Shown piece by piece: positions 23,990 through 35,789 of a stretch of 64,000 nt of DNA. A program made the position numbers and the translations under genes. The notes beneath the pieces were generated by a model. The model was not told the origin of the DNA and searched no databases. It saw nothing but the letters and a program-made list of their open reading frames with translations. Positions within the stretch are counted from its first letter, which is position 1. Every line of letters starts with the position of its first letter. Origin of the DNA: Chlorokybus atmophyticus (lineage: Eukaryota; Plantae; Mesostigma and Chlorokybus algae); NCBI GenBank assembly GCA_009103225.1, contig RHPI01002630.1:1-64000 (forward strand), written 5' to 3'.

Positions 23990-25000
23990 GTTGTACAGAC
24001 GACAACGATACCAATGGAATCTTATCATGTTTCTTATACTGCAGCTCGAACACCGTGTAGTGCTTGGGTCGTTTTTTCACCCTGAGGTAATTTTAATTAC
24101 CAATAGGCCACTTTTTCCACAGTTCGAGCCGGTGGTAGTTGGCTATGTCAATCGGCTCAACCACAAGCCAAAACGTGATGCCTCTCGCACACAAGATATT
24201 GGACCTGCCGATAAAATCAGCAGGCAACATGCCAGCGACATGCCATTTGTATGCTGTACGCAAGAGATCCTATACAACCTTGTCATGTCAGGTTGGTGCG
24301 GAGATTTCATCAATAAGCATGCTTTTAATTGCACAAAATTTTAAATTGCAATGCATATGCATGTCGTGTCTTGCGTGCACTAAATCTTGTTAACCGCTCT
24401 GCTTGCGAGCTGTCATCATCGGCACGATATGCTTTGAGTTTGGCATAATTGTCCACAGAGGTCTGCACAAATGCTTGGATCAAGAGCTTCGCTATTGTGA
24501 TGTCCTCATTGTGCCACACATTGTCTGTCAACTCTATTTTGTGTTCTTACAACTCGGCGATATCAAACACATACACTCCCGTTGGCTCCGAATCGCTCCA
24601 AGCGTCAAGGCATTATGGCTACACGTGTCGTGTGATAAGACAAGCAGCCATTTGCATGGCAGATGCAAATTAACCTCCGCAATGCATAGCTAGCATGGCA
24701 TACCTATGTAAGAAGAGCTGCACGACGGCCGAAAGACTTCCCAAGCGCTCGACGAGGGTTGTATAATCAACCCCAGAGTTTTTATTGCATGAAGATGAAA
24801 TTAAACCCCGATGTAATCATCGCGCACAGATGTCATATAATGCTATATTGCTTTAACGCATGCTGCAAGCCCTTTCCACGACAGGTGTGCACAGCTTGGA
24901 GCCAATGCATTACCGTAATGCATTGCGTGAGGTGTGAGCTTGCCTGCTAACCTTCAAGGATGACGTAGTTGACTTTCGAAGCTGTGCAGCAGTCACAACG
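23990..25000 (-). pseudogene. Decayed paralog of the SEFIR-EP gene (homologs of the end of exon 8 through exon 11)
   Basis: Minus strand encodes GMLPADFIGRSNILCARGITFWLVVEPIDIANYHRLELWKKWPIGN*NYLRVKKRPKHY and NYAKLKAYRADDDSSQAERL. Nucleotide homology extends to exon 9 (accctcgtcgagcgcttgggaagt), the end of exon 8 and the intron sequences. In-frame stops (TAA 24095-24093, TAG ~24270) and loss of the exon-10 GT donor. Confidence 0.88.
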
Positions 25001-26912
25001 CTAATGGGAATCGCTACAGGCAAAGCTTGTGCCGGCCCTGACAGCGCTGTGGCGGGCGAAATGTGCGTGGCACAGCGCCAACTGGCCGCTGAAGACCGTG
25101 GTGCAACACTTGCTCGTCGCGGTTGATGTGGTTGTAGAAGTTACGTATTTCGACGGCGACGAGAGCGGTGGCAGCGCTGATCGACAGTATCGATCGATGG
25201 CGTTGCGTCATCGGCAGTCCGCTGTCAGTCGGCCGTGCATCACCCTTGACAAACTGTAGAAGTGTGTATGTGAGACGTGGTTCGTCTGTGGATAGACGGC
25301 AGTGGTGCGTGGAACAGCGCGGTGCTGTTTGCCGTCATCATAAATGCGACGAAAATCAGCGCTGTTAGGGTTGCAGAATGTTGAAAGCTGGTGAGGGGCG
25401 GAAGGCGCAGGTGTGCGGGGCGGTGGTTGAGGCAACGCGGCGGTGTTGTTCGGGCGTCCGTGCGCGCGTAATGGCAGAGCTAGGTGATACAAGCGGTGTG
25501 CCTTGTCCTGCGTTGTTTGCTCTCGGCGGTGAACTGCCGTCCATCCGATGCAGTCAGTCTTTCTATCAGACTGCATATGAGCAAGTGTTTTTGTGCACGC
25601 TGCTTGTGGATGCGTGCATAATCGTGCACCTTCGGACGTGCCTGTGTGCTGATACGTTGATGCTTAGGTGTCTCTCGGCTGGCCAGTGCGTGTATGTGGC
25701 GCGCCTATGGCAGGCGCTGCTGGTGTTTGGGAGTTGCATGTCGAGTTGCCTGGTGGGTTTGGTTTTAGATTTAGCCATCATCGGTTGTGCAACGCAGCGG
25801 GCTTTCCTCAGCGGCTTGGTAGTGAGCTGTTGATAGTGGAGCATGTGGTAGGCGGTGTCGCATTGGCACGGTGGGTGATTGGCACTGAGTGTGATATGGA
25901 GCCAGGGCGGAGACGACATTGGGTCGAGCAGTGGCATGACACTGAGTGGCTTCCATTCGAGGTTGGCCAGTGGAGTTTGCATCCTCTGCAGGGAGGTGAC
26001 TATGGTGACGATGACAATCCGGGCTTGCCCCATCCTCCACCGCTGGTGCAGGGTGGCGGTTGGCACCCCGTCATGCCGACAGATCATGGTAGGTTTTGTC
26101 ATGAAGTAGCATTGAAGCATGTGGTGTGAGGGAGTCGGTGAATAGCCCAGAGTTCAGTGTGCTCTGAGTCACAATGCGTGCGTGTGTGCGTGTGGTGCGT
26201 TGTGTGTGCATTGCTTGCATGAGTTTCTCATGCAAGCTATGCGATGGCGCACAACTTGTGTGTCGGGTTAGGATTCACTGTTGAACATGTGCTCGGTAGC
26301 AGGGTTGAGGAACATGGCAGCTACTGGTTGATGCTGGGAACAGGCATTACGACTGGGTGGTGTGCGTGTTGCTCTGTGGGGAGAGAGCTGATGATGAGGC
26401 CGAAGAATCGCAAGTGCGGTGTGGGGTCGACAAATCTGGCTAGTCACAAACATGCAGTGGCGCCCGTATAGGTCGTGCCTGTAGGTACGCATGTTGAGCT
26501 ACCCGGTCTTTCCTGCAGGGTTGTTATGCAGCCCTTGTTAAACTGAGTGATTATGCTGGGTTGTGGTCACGGGTTAGTGGCTTGTTGTAGGGTTGTGCAG
26601 GCCCTCCGATGTTCCAGCTTCCAGGTACCGTCTAGGATTGCGTAGGCAATAACAGTACGAGCGCATGTGTGGCAAGTGCCTGATTGCACGCATAATGTAA
26701 TATAACATGTAGGGCAGTTGCAAATGGATGTTGAGTGAGGATGCTGTGTGTTGTGCAAGTTTGAGGTTGAGAAGCAGGATGGTCATGGCGCATCCATGTA
26801 TGTGTGTAGAATATACCCAATGTTGTGCATGTGTGTGTGACTGCAATTGCAGTGCTGTGTTGGTGTTGATGTTGGGCTCCAGCGCGGTGTTACGCATTGC
26901 TGACAATCATGT

Positions 26913-28052
26913 TCATGACCAAGACAGCGGCGAGCTGCATAGCACATACCCAAGTGCTACCAATAGCTGTCTGCCAACATACTCCGAGTAGGCCGGGGGA
27001 ATGCACTCAACTAATGTTGTCTCCGCTGATACCCAATCGATGCCTAAAGTCATGCTCCACCCAGGCAATGTACCACGTGAGGCTGCCTGTCTATAGACGG
27101 GGTACATCTGCTGAGTGTCTCCTGCGTCGGTTGCAGCTTGCACCAGTGTGCGGTGTCCGGAAAGTCCTCCAAGACGCTTGGAGGTGTGATCGCAAACCAA
27201 GTCCACGCTCACAACAGGCACCGTCTCAAACACTCGGTGCCTGAAAGTGGCCAGTCCGAACATCGTCCCGCACAACACCATATTAGGTGTCATGTACTGA
27301 GATGCATTAGGGATGTTCTCGATGACAAAAGGTTTGCCGCTAGCATGAAGGCGTGCACGCAAGGCGTGCAGAAGAGTGCTGTGTTGCCATGAGCTCGAGT
27401 GCTGTCAGCGTTGTAACTCAAGTATGCAACGAGCAAAAGCTTGGCACGATGGACTAGCCCAAATTAAATCGTGAGGTTGGATGTCAATTGTTAAGGCATC
27501 GCCGTGGATGAAGCTGAATGGGTAGTCGGGCTGCTCTAGTATATCAACGCCCGTGACGTCAAACCTAGCACGGTACAACCCCATGCTGGCGCCGCCTCCA
27601 CCACAGCATATGTCAAGCACCTTGGGTCTGTGCGGTGCTCCGTTAGGCAGCTGTGCAGTGTGTGTGACCAGCGTAGGGGATGACCTGCTCCATAATGTTA
27701 GAGTTGGCAACGGTGGGTGGGCCTTGCGGTTGGTAGGCACTCGACAACCTCCGATGCGGAAGCAATGGCGAGTACCATTGCTGCACACCATGGCCACTAT
27801 GTTGTGCTTGTCGATGACCATGTGCTGCTCGTCACCGTCGACGAAGTGCACACTGTGCCGGCCTGACGTGCAATTAGCCTATCAGCGAAGCAGTTGCCGT
27901 CACACATGCAGCCCGGGAGCAACATGCGCACCTAGGCTGCTGTTGTAGGCGTAGATGCGACCCTCATACCACGCTTGGTCAGCTGGCCAATGCACCAGGA
28001 CTGCCAAGCCAACAAGCGCTGGCCCGCCGTCGAGACAGCGCTGTCGCACTGC
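26913..28052 (-). pseudogene. Tudor domain + C5 DNA cytosine methyltransferase fusion, inactivated
   Basis: MTase motifs [14 protein letters not shown] (I), VTGVDI, FIHGDAL, WASPSCQ (IV, PC altered), PFVIENI (VI), RHRVFE (VIII), ECIPPAYSEYVGRQL (X). ORFs 27851-27405 and 27362-26913 are in the same frame with one TGA between them. Upstream Tudor LVGLAVLVHWPADQAWYEGRIYAYNSSL|[13 protein letters not shown] is joined by a 69-nt GT-AG intron (27931-27863) with a ctaat branch site. Confidence 0.85.
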
Positions 28053-28262
28053 CTGAACTCAACTCGCAGAGTGCTGGCGTGGACTGCAAATCATATGCGG
28101 TCAGCAGTGCAGATGCCCGTGTAGGCGCACATGGCGTCACTCAACGTCTGCGAGCCGGACATCACCGACGCATACAGCATGTACACGTCTTGTATGTCCA
28201 CTCACCGTCATGGGGGGCACAGTGCTCGATCCCGCGACCACAGTTGTAACAGGGTGTGCAGG

Positions 28263-28895
28263 CTAGCGTCCGCATCTACGAAGCTGACTCTGCGTATGAC
28301 AGACTGCAATTAAACAGGACTCGACATGCCAGTGAACTCGACAAGGGTGCTTGCACGCAACATAGTTCTGGTTGGTGGCAACTGATGCGAGGTGATACGT
28401 ATGGCTTACTTGGATGAGATTGACGACAGTGCCTTGGAGGACTGTGCCTGGGCGTATGTACGGCATATATGGCATGGGTGTCCCGTGCCATTCAAAGGGG
28501 GCAAGTTCACATTGCTCGCATGTGCACTGCCGGTTGTAGAACTCTGGGCTGCTGCACTTGAACTTGCGCCGGCAGTCAATGATGTGCAGACCAGCAGCAT
28601 GATGATGCCAACAAGCTGCTGTGTAAGCAAACAAGTTGCGGTACTCTAGGCATCGAGCTTGGTGACTAGTAAGGCGAGAGCGGCGACCATTATTCACGAC
28701 AAAGGCATGGCAGATTAAACAAACCAGAGGCGCTTTATCCCTGACCATCGGCGTGTTGTTGCGAGCTGCGACATGATCGGGACTTTGCATATTCAACGAC
28801 GTATTAGCCTCCATTGCATAGATGGTGTCACTGAACTCCACTAATAAACTGATACAATCTGGACTATGAGAGTCTTCACAAGATCTGCATACCAT
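28263..28895 (-). CDS. Cys/His-rich (possible zinc-finger) exon, probably the 5' part of the Tudor-MTase gene
   Basis: CRSC, CLICH...HQARC, CRRKFKC, CTCEQC. Strong donor caa|GTAAGC at ~28406, on the same strand ~350 bp upstream of the Tudor exon. Confidence 0.4.
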   Translation of the reverse strand: MVCRSCEDSHSPDCISLLVEFSDTIYAMEANTSLNMQSPDHVAARNNTPMVRDKAPLVCLICHAFVVNNGRRSRLTSHQARCLEYRNLFAYTAACWHHHAAGLHIIDCRRKFKCSSPEFYNRQCTCEQCELAPFEWHGTPMPYMPYIRPGTVLQGTVVNLIQVSHTYHLASVATNQNYVACKHPCRVHWHVESCLIAVCHTQSQLRRCGR

Positions 28896-29235
28896 CGCGC
28901 AGGCGCAAGACCATGTGAAGTCTTGACTTCACACGCGTGTTGTAGACAGCCTGAGTGCCATCATCTTGCAGCTGTTACGGGGTGATGAGGTGCTGCTGGT
29001 CCCGCTGGTCCCCGGGGAGTGCACTCCTTATGCGGACACAACGCCTTGACATTGTCAATGGTGTCGCTGGACTTGACGACACCGCCAGCAGCGTTGCAAT
29101 GGCGGTTAGATGATGAACCAACCCTAAAAATGGGCTACTAACCCTAATATCTGACACCATGCCACAGGTAAAGGCATCGACGGCGGCGGCGGCGGCGGCG
29201 GTGGCGGCGGCAGCGGCTGCATTTCAGGTGACTCC

Positions 29236-32200
29236 TGTTGAAGGACTAGCATGCACATGTAGTTAAGGCAAGCATGGACACACAGAGACAGAGCTACCGC
29301 CACCAGAGCATACACAAGTCACATCACATTCATCTATTACAAGTTGTCCGCTGGTTCTTATACCAGCCAGTTACACACACGTCTACGTTTGCAAGCACTG
29401 CGTAAGCTATACTCAGCTTTTTGACGCGCTCTAAGCTGCGTTGTCTTCCTTACAACTAGAGCTTTTAAACAAGCTCTTACACGCCTAATATGAGTAAGTA
29501 TACGCGGAGATACAAAGCAGTTAGTAAGGCTCCAGTCTGGAGTCCGGAGTCTGGTCCGACGACGCCAACTTGCTAAGTCCGGACCTAGTGCTCGTCCTTA
29601 CAACCTTCTACTCCTGTGTGGAGGGTCGATGCTGATCGTATGTAGGAATACTCTCAACACTCCCACGCGAGCAGCTTGACCTCCAACGCTTGCTCCTGTA
29701 GTTAAACACAAATGCCAAGTCCTGCGCAACAAGTCTTGAACTTGAGCGATGACAATGGCTTTGTCATGAAGTCCGCCAGCATGCCCTCAGTGTTGCAGTA
29801 CTGGAACTCCACCTCCTTCCTTGTGACTCTGTCACGCACAAAGTGATGCATGACATCAATGTGCTTCGTCCTTGCCGAGGCGATAGGATGCTTCAACAAC
29901 TTGATGGCTCCTTGGTTGTCACAGTTGATGACGATGCACGCCATGGGGTGCTCCAAGTCTGCCATGAGCTTGCGAAGCCAGAGTGCCTCCTTCACTGCTG
30001 CTGCCGCTGCCATGTACTCAGCCTCTGATGTAGATGCTGCTGTTGTTGGCTGCAGCCTGCTGTTCCAGCTCACCACGCCTCCGTTCAGCTTGAAGGCGTA
30101 GCCTGTAGTGGACCTCCTGCTGTTGAGGTCACCAGCAAAGTCTGAGTCGCAGTAGCCCTCCAACTCAATGCTCCCGCTCCCAAACTTGATGCCAACTGTT
30201 GCGCTCCCAGCAACATAGCGTAGTACTCCCTTTGCTCTCCAGTGCTCCATGCTCGGTGCAGACATGTAGCGAGCAAGTACTCCCACAGCATGTGCAACAT
30301 CGGGACGTGTGCACGCTGCCAGATAGAGCATGCTGCCTACCAGCTCACCATATGGATAATGAGCCTTGTCGAGTACCTCCTCATCCTTTGCCTTGATGAG
30401 GGCAGTGCCAAGTGCCAACGGTGTGCTCTTAGTCTTCGCTTCAGTGAGCCCAAACTTGGTGACGAGTCTTCTCACCATCTGCTCCTGACTGATCTTGATT
30501 GTACGTGCAGCCCTGTCGCGCTCAATCAACAACAACATGCCAAGGAACCACTTGGCCTCTCCAAGATCACGAACTGAGAATGCTTGCTGTAGAGCAAGTT
30601 TCGTCTCCTGCAGGTGGTGCACCTGCCTGGCGGTGATGATGATATCATCAACATACACGAGCAGCCAGACCTTGTTGTCTACATGGATGAAGAGCCTAGG
30701 GTCTGCAAAGGATGCGGTGATGCCAAGTGCCTCCAGCTCCTTGGTGAGCTTGATGTGCCACATACGCGGTGCCTGTCGCAGCCCATACAGTGCCTTGATT
30801 AGCTTGCACGCTGTGCCTCTCTCCCCTTCTTCATATCCAGGTGGTTGCTTGATGAAGATCTCCTCTTCCAGCTCTCCGTAGAGGAAGGCAGTCTTCACAT
30901 CCAAGTGATGCAGCTCTAGGTCTTCAGCAGCAACCACAGCTAACAGTGCACGGAAGGTGGTGTGCTTACTTGCGGGTGCAAATACTTCGTCAAAGTCCAC
31001 ACCTTCCTGCTGCAAGAAGCCCTTTGCCACCAGTCTTGCCTTGTAGCGCTCAATGTTGCCCTGACCATCACGCTTCACCTTGAAGACCCATTTCACTGAA
31101 ATGGTCTTCACTCCTTGCGGAATCTGCTCCAATGACCAAGTGTTGTTGGCATGGAGTGACGCAATCTCCTCGTCCATAGCACGCTGCTATTGCTCCGCAT
31201 CTGGTGCTAACAATGCCTCCTCGTAGGTGCTTGGCTCCTCATTGTGCACACTGGCGACGTGTGCCTTGTGTAAGAAGTCAGGTGCCTTTCTCTCCCTCAT
31301 TGGGTATCTCCGAGCTGCGTGCTCTTGCTGCAGGTGCGACTGCTTGTCTGCCACAGTAGAGTCCTGCTCACCCTTATCATCAATGATGGCCTTGCCTGTA
31401 GCCTCCACTGTTTCAAGATGCTCCAGCTGTGCTTCATCTTCAGGAAAGAAGCCTGCTTCTGGTTGGGATAATCCCTCGTGGAAAACCACCTCTCTGCTCA
31501 CAATGATCCTCTGAGTGTCCTCGAGCAAGATCCTGTAAGCGTTGGAACCCGGTTCATAGCCAACAAAGATGCCCTTCCGGCTGACCGGCTCCAGCTTGTG
31601 CCTAAGCTGTTTAGGCACTAATGCATATGCCGTGCATCCAAACACACGCATACCACTCACATCTGGTGTGGCTCCGTAGAAGTGCTCCCACAGAGTCTTC
31701 TGCTCTGAGCTCACCGGAGACCTGTTGCGGATGTAGTTGGCAATGAGTACCGCCTCCTTCCACATACTGTCTTCCATCTTGGTGTCATTGAGCATTGCTC
31801 GAACCCGCTCCAGGAGTGTCCTGTTGAGGCGTTCAGCTGCTCCATTCTGCTGCGGTGTGTAGGGTGCAGTGGTCTCGTGGCGTATGCCCTTGCTGGCGAA
31901 AAACTCCTTCAACTCCTTGTTAATGTACTCCCCTCCTCGGTCACTCCTCATTGCCTTCATCTTGCTGCTATACTGCGTCTCCAACAAGGCCACAACTGTG
32001 CGCACAGCTCCAGCAACTTCTGACTTGAGCGTCAATGGAAAGATGATGGACAGCTTGCTGTAGTCGTCGAGGAATGTAGCAAAGTACCTGGCCCCTCCCT
32101 TCGCCACAATGCGCATAGGGCCACAGACATCCATGTGCACAAGCTCGCAAGGATGCTGACTGCTAAAAGAGAATGATGGGAATGGCATAGCATGCTGCTT

Positions 32201-34146
32201 TGCAACCAGGCATGGTTCACAAAGTGCACCTGATGCATTCTTGAGTTCTTCTGTGCTGAGATGGATGCCCTTGACCATCTTCTCAGCGACAAGGCGAGTG
32301 AGGTTGGCGTATCTGAGATGCCCGAACCTTCGATGCCACAATGTTGGCGACTCCTTGTCCTTCACCACCATGGCTTGAATGTCAATGTTCTGAGGGTGCT
32401 GCTCCACGTGGTAGAGCCCTCTCGGATCAGCGATTCCAACCATGTGCATGACCCCATCAAGGATGACTGTGCAGCCAACCTTCCGAAATAGCATCTCCGC
32501 GCCTAAGCGCTCCGCAACCCTCACAAAAAATAGACTCGCAATAGCCTTAGGAACATGCAGGACATTGCGTAACAACACCTCGCGTAGTGTGTTACCAACC
32601 TTGCACTGGAGTCGTACGTTGCCAACTCCCTCAGCCACCAGTACTTCGCCACCAAAGCCCGCCACCATAATTGTAGACGTCAGCTTCTTGTAGCCCTCCA
32701 TCACCTCCTTGTTTGGTGTGAGATGACGATCGCAGCCAGAGTCCACCACCCAGAAAGCTGTGCCCGCCCTCGAACTGGATGCAGTGAAGGCGACATGTTT
32801 CTCCTTGTGTTGGTGCTTGTTGCCGCTGTTGCTGGTGCTTGCTCTTGGTTGCCCCTGTTGTTTCTTCCTACAGTCCTTCACAATGTGCCCCTTCCAACCA
32901 CACCAGTGGCATGTGAGGTCTTTGTGACGAGGATTGCCTGGCTTGTTGCCCTTGTTCTTCTCTTCGTGGTTGCTCTTCTTCCCGTGCTTGTTGGTGTAGA
33001 AGGCCACGGCATCAGCTTGCGCGTCCTTCTTCATCACCCTCTGCTCCACGGTGAGCAGCTTCGGTAGCACATCGTCCAACGTCAACTCCGATGATGACGT
33101 CTCCAGCAGGGTTGCGACGACCTCGTACTCTGCTGGTAGCCCTGCAACAATGGCCAGCACTACCTCCGTCTCCCCCATGTTGTGGCCGACGTTGATGAGG
33201 TCCGCCCACAGCTCTCTCGCGCGCGCAACATACTTTGTGATGGGTTCTGCTGCCTCCTTCCTGAGTGCGCTAAGCTGCTTGCGTAGATGCAACTTTCTGG
33301 CATTGTTCTTGGCTCTGAAAACGGCTGATAGCTTTTCCCAAGCTTGTCTACCATCTTCACATGCAGTGAGCATGGGAAAGTGATGCGGTTTGCTGTTCAA
33401 CACAAGCAAAGAGTGTGCTTCTGCTGAATGCTCTGACCACACAGTGTTTGCTCCTGGTGTTGGTGGTGGTGCCTTCGGATCAACGTACTTCCACACCTTC
33501 TTGTGGATGAGCAAAGCCTTCATCTCCAAGCACCATGTGTTGTAGTTGTCGGTGTCCAGCTTTGCAATCTGCCCCTTGTCGTAGGTCGCCTCCATCTTTG
33601 TCGTGCCTGCCTTCACTTGCAGTTGACACCCAAGGCTCTGCTACCAACAAGCTACCGTAGTGTAGAAACTACTATGCACACAAGCTAGTCTCACACTCCT
33701 CAAGCGTAGTGTGGGCCCATAACCTGTTGAAAGACTAGCATGCACATGTAGTTGAGGCAAGCATGGACACAGAGACAGAGCTACCGCCACCAGAGCATAC
33801 ACAAGTCGCATCACATTCATCTATTACAAGTTGTCCGCTGGTTCTTATACCAGCCAGCTACACACACGTCTACGTTTGCAAGCACTGCGTAAGCTATACT
33901 CAGCTTTTTGACGCGCTCTAAGCTGCGTTGTCTTTCTTACAACTAGAGCTTTCAAACGAGCTCTTACACGCCTAATATGAGTAAGTATACGCGGAGATGC
34001 GAAGCAGTTAGTAAGGCTCCAGTCTGGAGTCCGGAGTCTGGTCCGACGACGCCATCTTGCTAAGTCCGGACCTAGTGCTCGTCCTTACGACCTTCTACTC
34101 CTGTGTGGAGGGTCGATGCTGATCGTATGTAGGAATACTCTCAACA
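29236..34146 (-). mobile_element. Full-length Ty1/copia LTR retrotransposon (family A)
   Basis: LTRs 29236-29659 and 33725-34146 (TGTTG...CAACA, about a dozen differences by eye). TSD ACTCC (29231-29235, 34147-34151). PBS GGTTATGGGCCCAC at 33724-33711. PPT next to 29660. Confidence 0.96.
29702..33616 (-). CDS. Copia-A gag-pol polyprotein (gag, zf-CCHC, protease, integrase, RT, RNase H), split by one in-frame TAG
   Basis: CHWCGWKGHIVKDC, WVVDSGC, LWHRRFGH..CEPC, VHMDVCGP, RSDRGGEY, ERLNRTL, LDVKTAFL, LVYVDDII, YCDSDFAGD, KHIDVMHHFVRD. Stop at 31189-31187 in EQ*QRAMDEE. Confidence 0.95.
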
Positions 34147-34159
34147 ACTCCTGCCACGG

Positions 34160-34862
34160 TTTGCTAGATGTCGTCCACGTCCATTATGGTCAAGTCCTCC
34201 CCGTCGCTATCACCATCGTCACTGTCGGTCCAAGTTCAGCCGGCTGGTGAATCAGCGCCATGCAGACCAGTCGGTGAAGAAGGTTCGCCAGTGCAGTCGT
34301 CAGTCGGCCTGTCGCCGCCGTTGCCCACATGCTCGTGGGTGTCCAGGTTGTTGGAGTTTTCGCAGCTGAGGCAGGAGCAGCTATCGCTGCATGCTTTGCC
34401 GGCCTTTTTGGACTTGCATCGTTTGCTGTTGCACCTGCCTACCTTGCAGCCGCAACCATGCATAAGCAGCTGTATTCTAGATATTGCAGCATCCATGTTT
34501 TGTGGTAGGTCTCGCACAGCATACCACACGCCGTCCTCCAATTGATACCCATACTCTGCCAGATCGCCCAGCTGCATGTCCTGACTGCAACTCTGTAGCC
34601 ACATGTTGACGGCATGTACAGCGCGCAGTGCATGCAGCCAGAGGGCATCAACAGTAGGAATAGTGTCACGTGATGTTGCCGTTTTCCTCCAGACAGTCTT
34701 GTGGATGGCTTCCAGCCAGTCCGACAGATAAACCTTATCGCTGCTGGTTGCGTTAGCGCCGTGCAGAGCGTAGAACAATGACGCCGGAGTGCCGCATTCA
34801 AAAGAAGAGCGGTACTTCTCGAAATAGGAGCACCCAATCAGGCGTAGCAGAGCGAAGCACAT
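34160..34862 (-). mobile_element. Academ-like (XPG-region + Cys8/CXC finger) transposase C-terminal fragment
   Basis: LIGCSY..., IPTVDALWLHALRAVHAVNMW, YGYQL, then CGCKVGRCNSKRCKSKKAGKACSDSCSCLSCEN. This is the LPPT.DAL..H..RA...W + CXC pattern of Academ-type proteins. Confidence 0.65.
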
Positions 34863-35789
34863 CTCGTGTGTCGTGCCTTCCCGCGTCGTGACTCGAACTC
34901 ATCGTAAACCTCTTTGCCATGCATGTATGCATGCTATTATACACCATGAGACCATGTCATGCTGCCTCATGCACCATCTCTCATCACATGAAGTTGACAC
35001 ACGCATGAAAGCTGCGTGTCCCCTTGCAAAAGGTAGGCAAGTAGACCACAACTTGACTTGCAATCAGCCGTTCACTTGTGTAGAGCAGTCCCAACTCAAT
35101 CCTCACTCAAAGTACATGCTAAGGCAGCCCATACGGTGCATCAAAGTCGCAACAGTGACACACACCCCTTCATGCACAGCAACGCACAGCAACGAACACG
35201 TGCACACACGCCATACATGCAAGCATGTGCATACGCATCCGCTCAGCCAAGAACCTCTTCCCAAAGGTGTTGTTTGCACTCCAGTAGGCCAACTTGCATC
35301 CAACCAAACTAGGAAACAGGCTAGCAAAGCCTTATATACCACCGTTGAGCTCAAGCCCAACCAACTCTCCAACTACCCTAACTGTCAATCTGCACCAGCA
35401 TAGTAACAGTCATGGTGGCGTTGATAAGTAACGGTAAACAGTTAGGAAAGGCTTATCCAAGCTCATCCTCTTCAAGTACACTTCAAGACGCATCTTTTGA
35501 CGCCAACCCATGGCCAAACCGCCACTCCAACTGTAAGTTACGGCTTCTCAAAGTCACAACTCCGAAACAGCTGTGCGAGATACCATAGTGACCCAAATAT
35601 GCTGTCAGCTCCGTATCTGACTGTAGATAGATATACGCCTCGAACACACCTCCCTCACGTCCATGAGGACCCAAACATGAGTTCCCAATGAAAACCCAAC
35701 ACATAAACCCTGTAAAATGGCTATGAGAGCCAAAATCCCAAGGTCCATCCATGTCGCCAGCCCCGAGGGCATCATGCACATGACACTAC

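Noticed and set aside
25014-26492. GC-rich ORFs (e.g. 25668-26129, 25566-26120) as genes, and the FRPP match at ~25050 as more SEFIR homology
   Set aside because: No recognisable domain, overlapping frames on both strands, and no convincing nucleotide alignment to exon 8.
26913-27851. Methyltransferase as evidence of an endogenous giant virus, prophage or restriction-modification system
   Set aside because: No viral hallmark genes or nuclease nearby, and the gene has a spliceosomal intron and eukaryotic reader domains.
29843-33688. Many 60-130 aa ORFs antisense or out of frame to copia pol (also in the other copia copies and the CACTA genes)
   Set aside because: Shadow ORFs of real coding frames, with no independent motifs.
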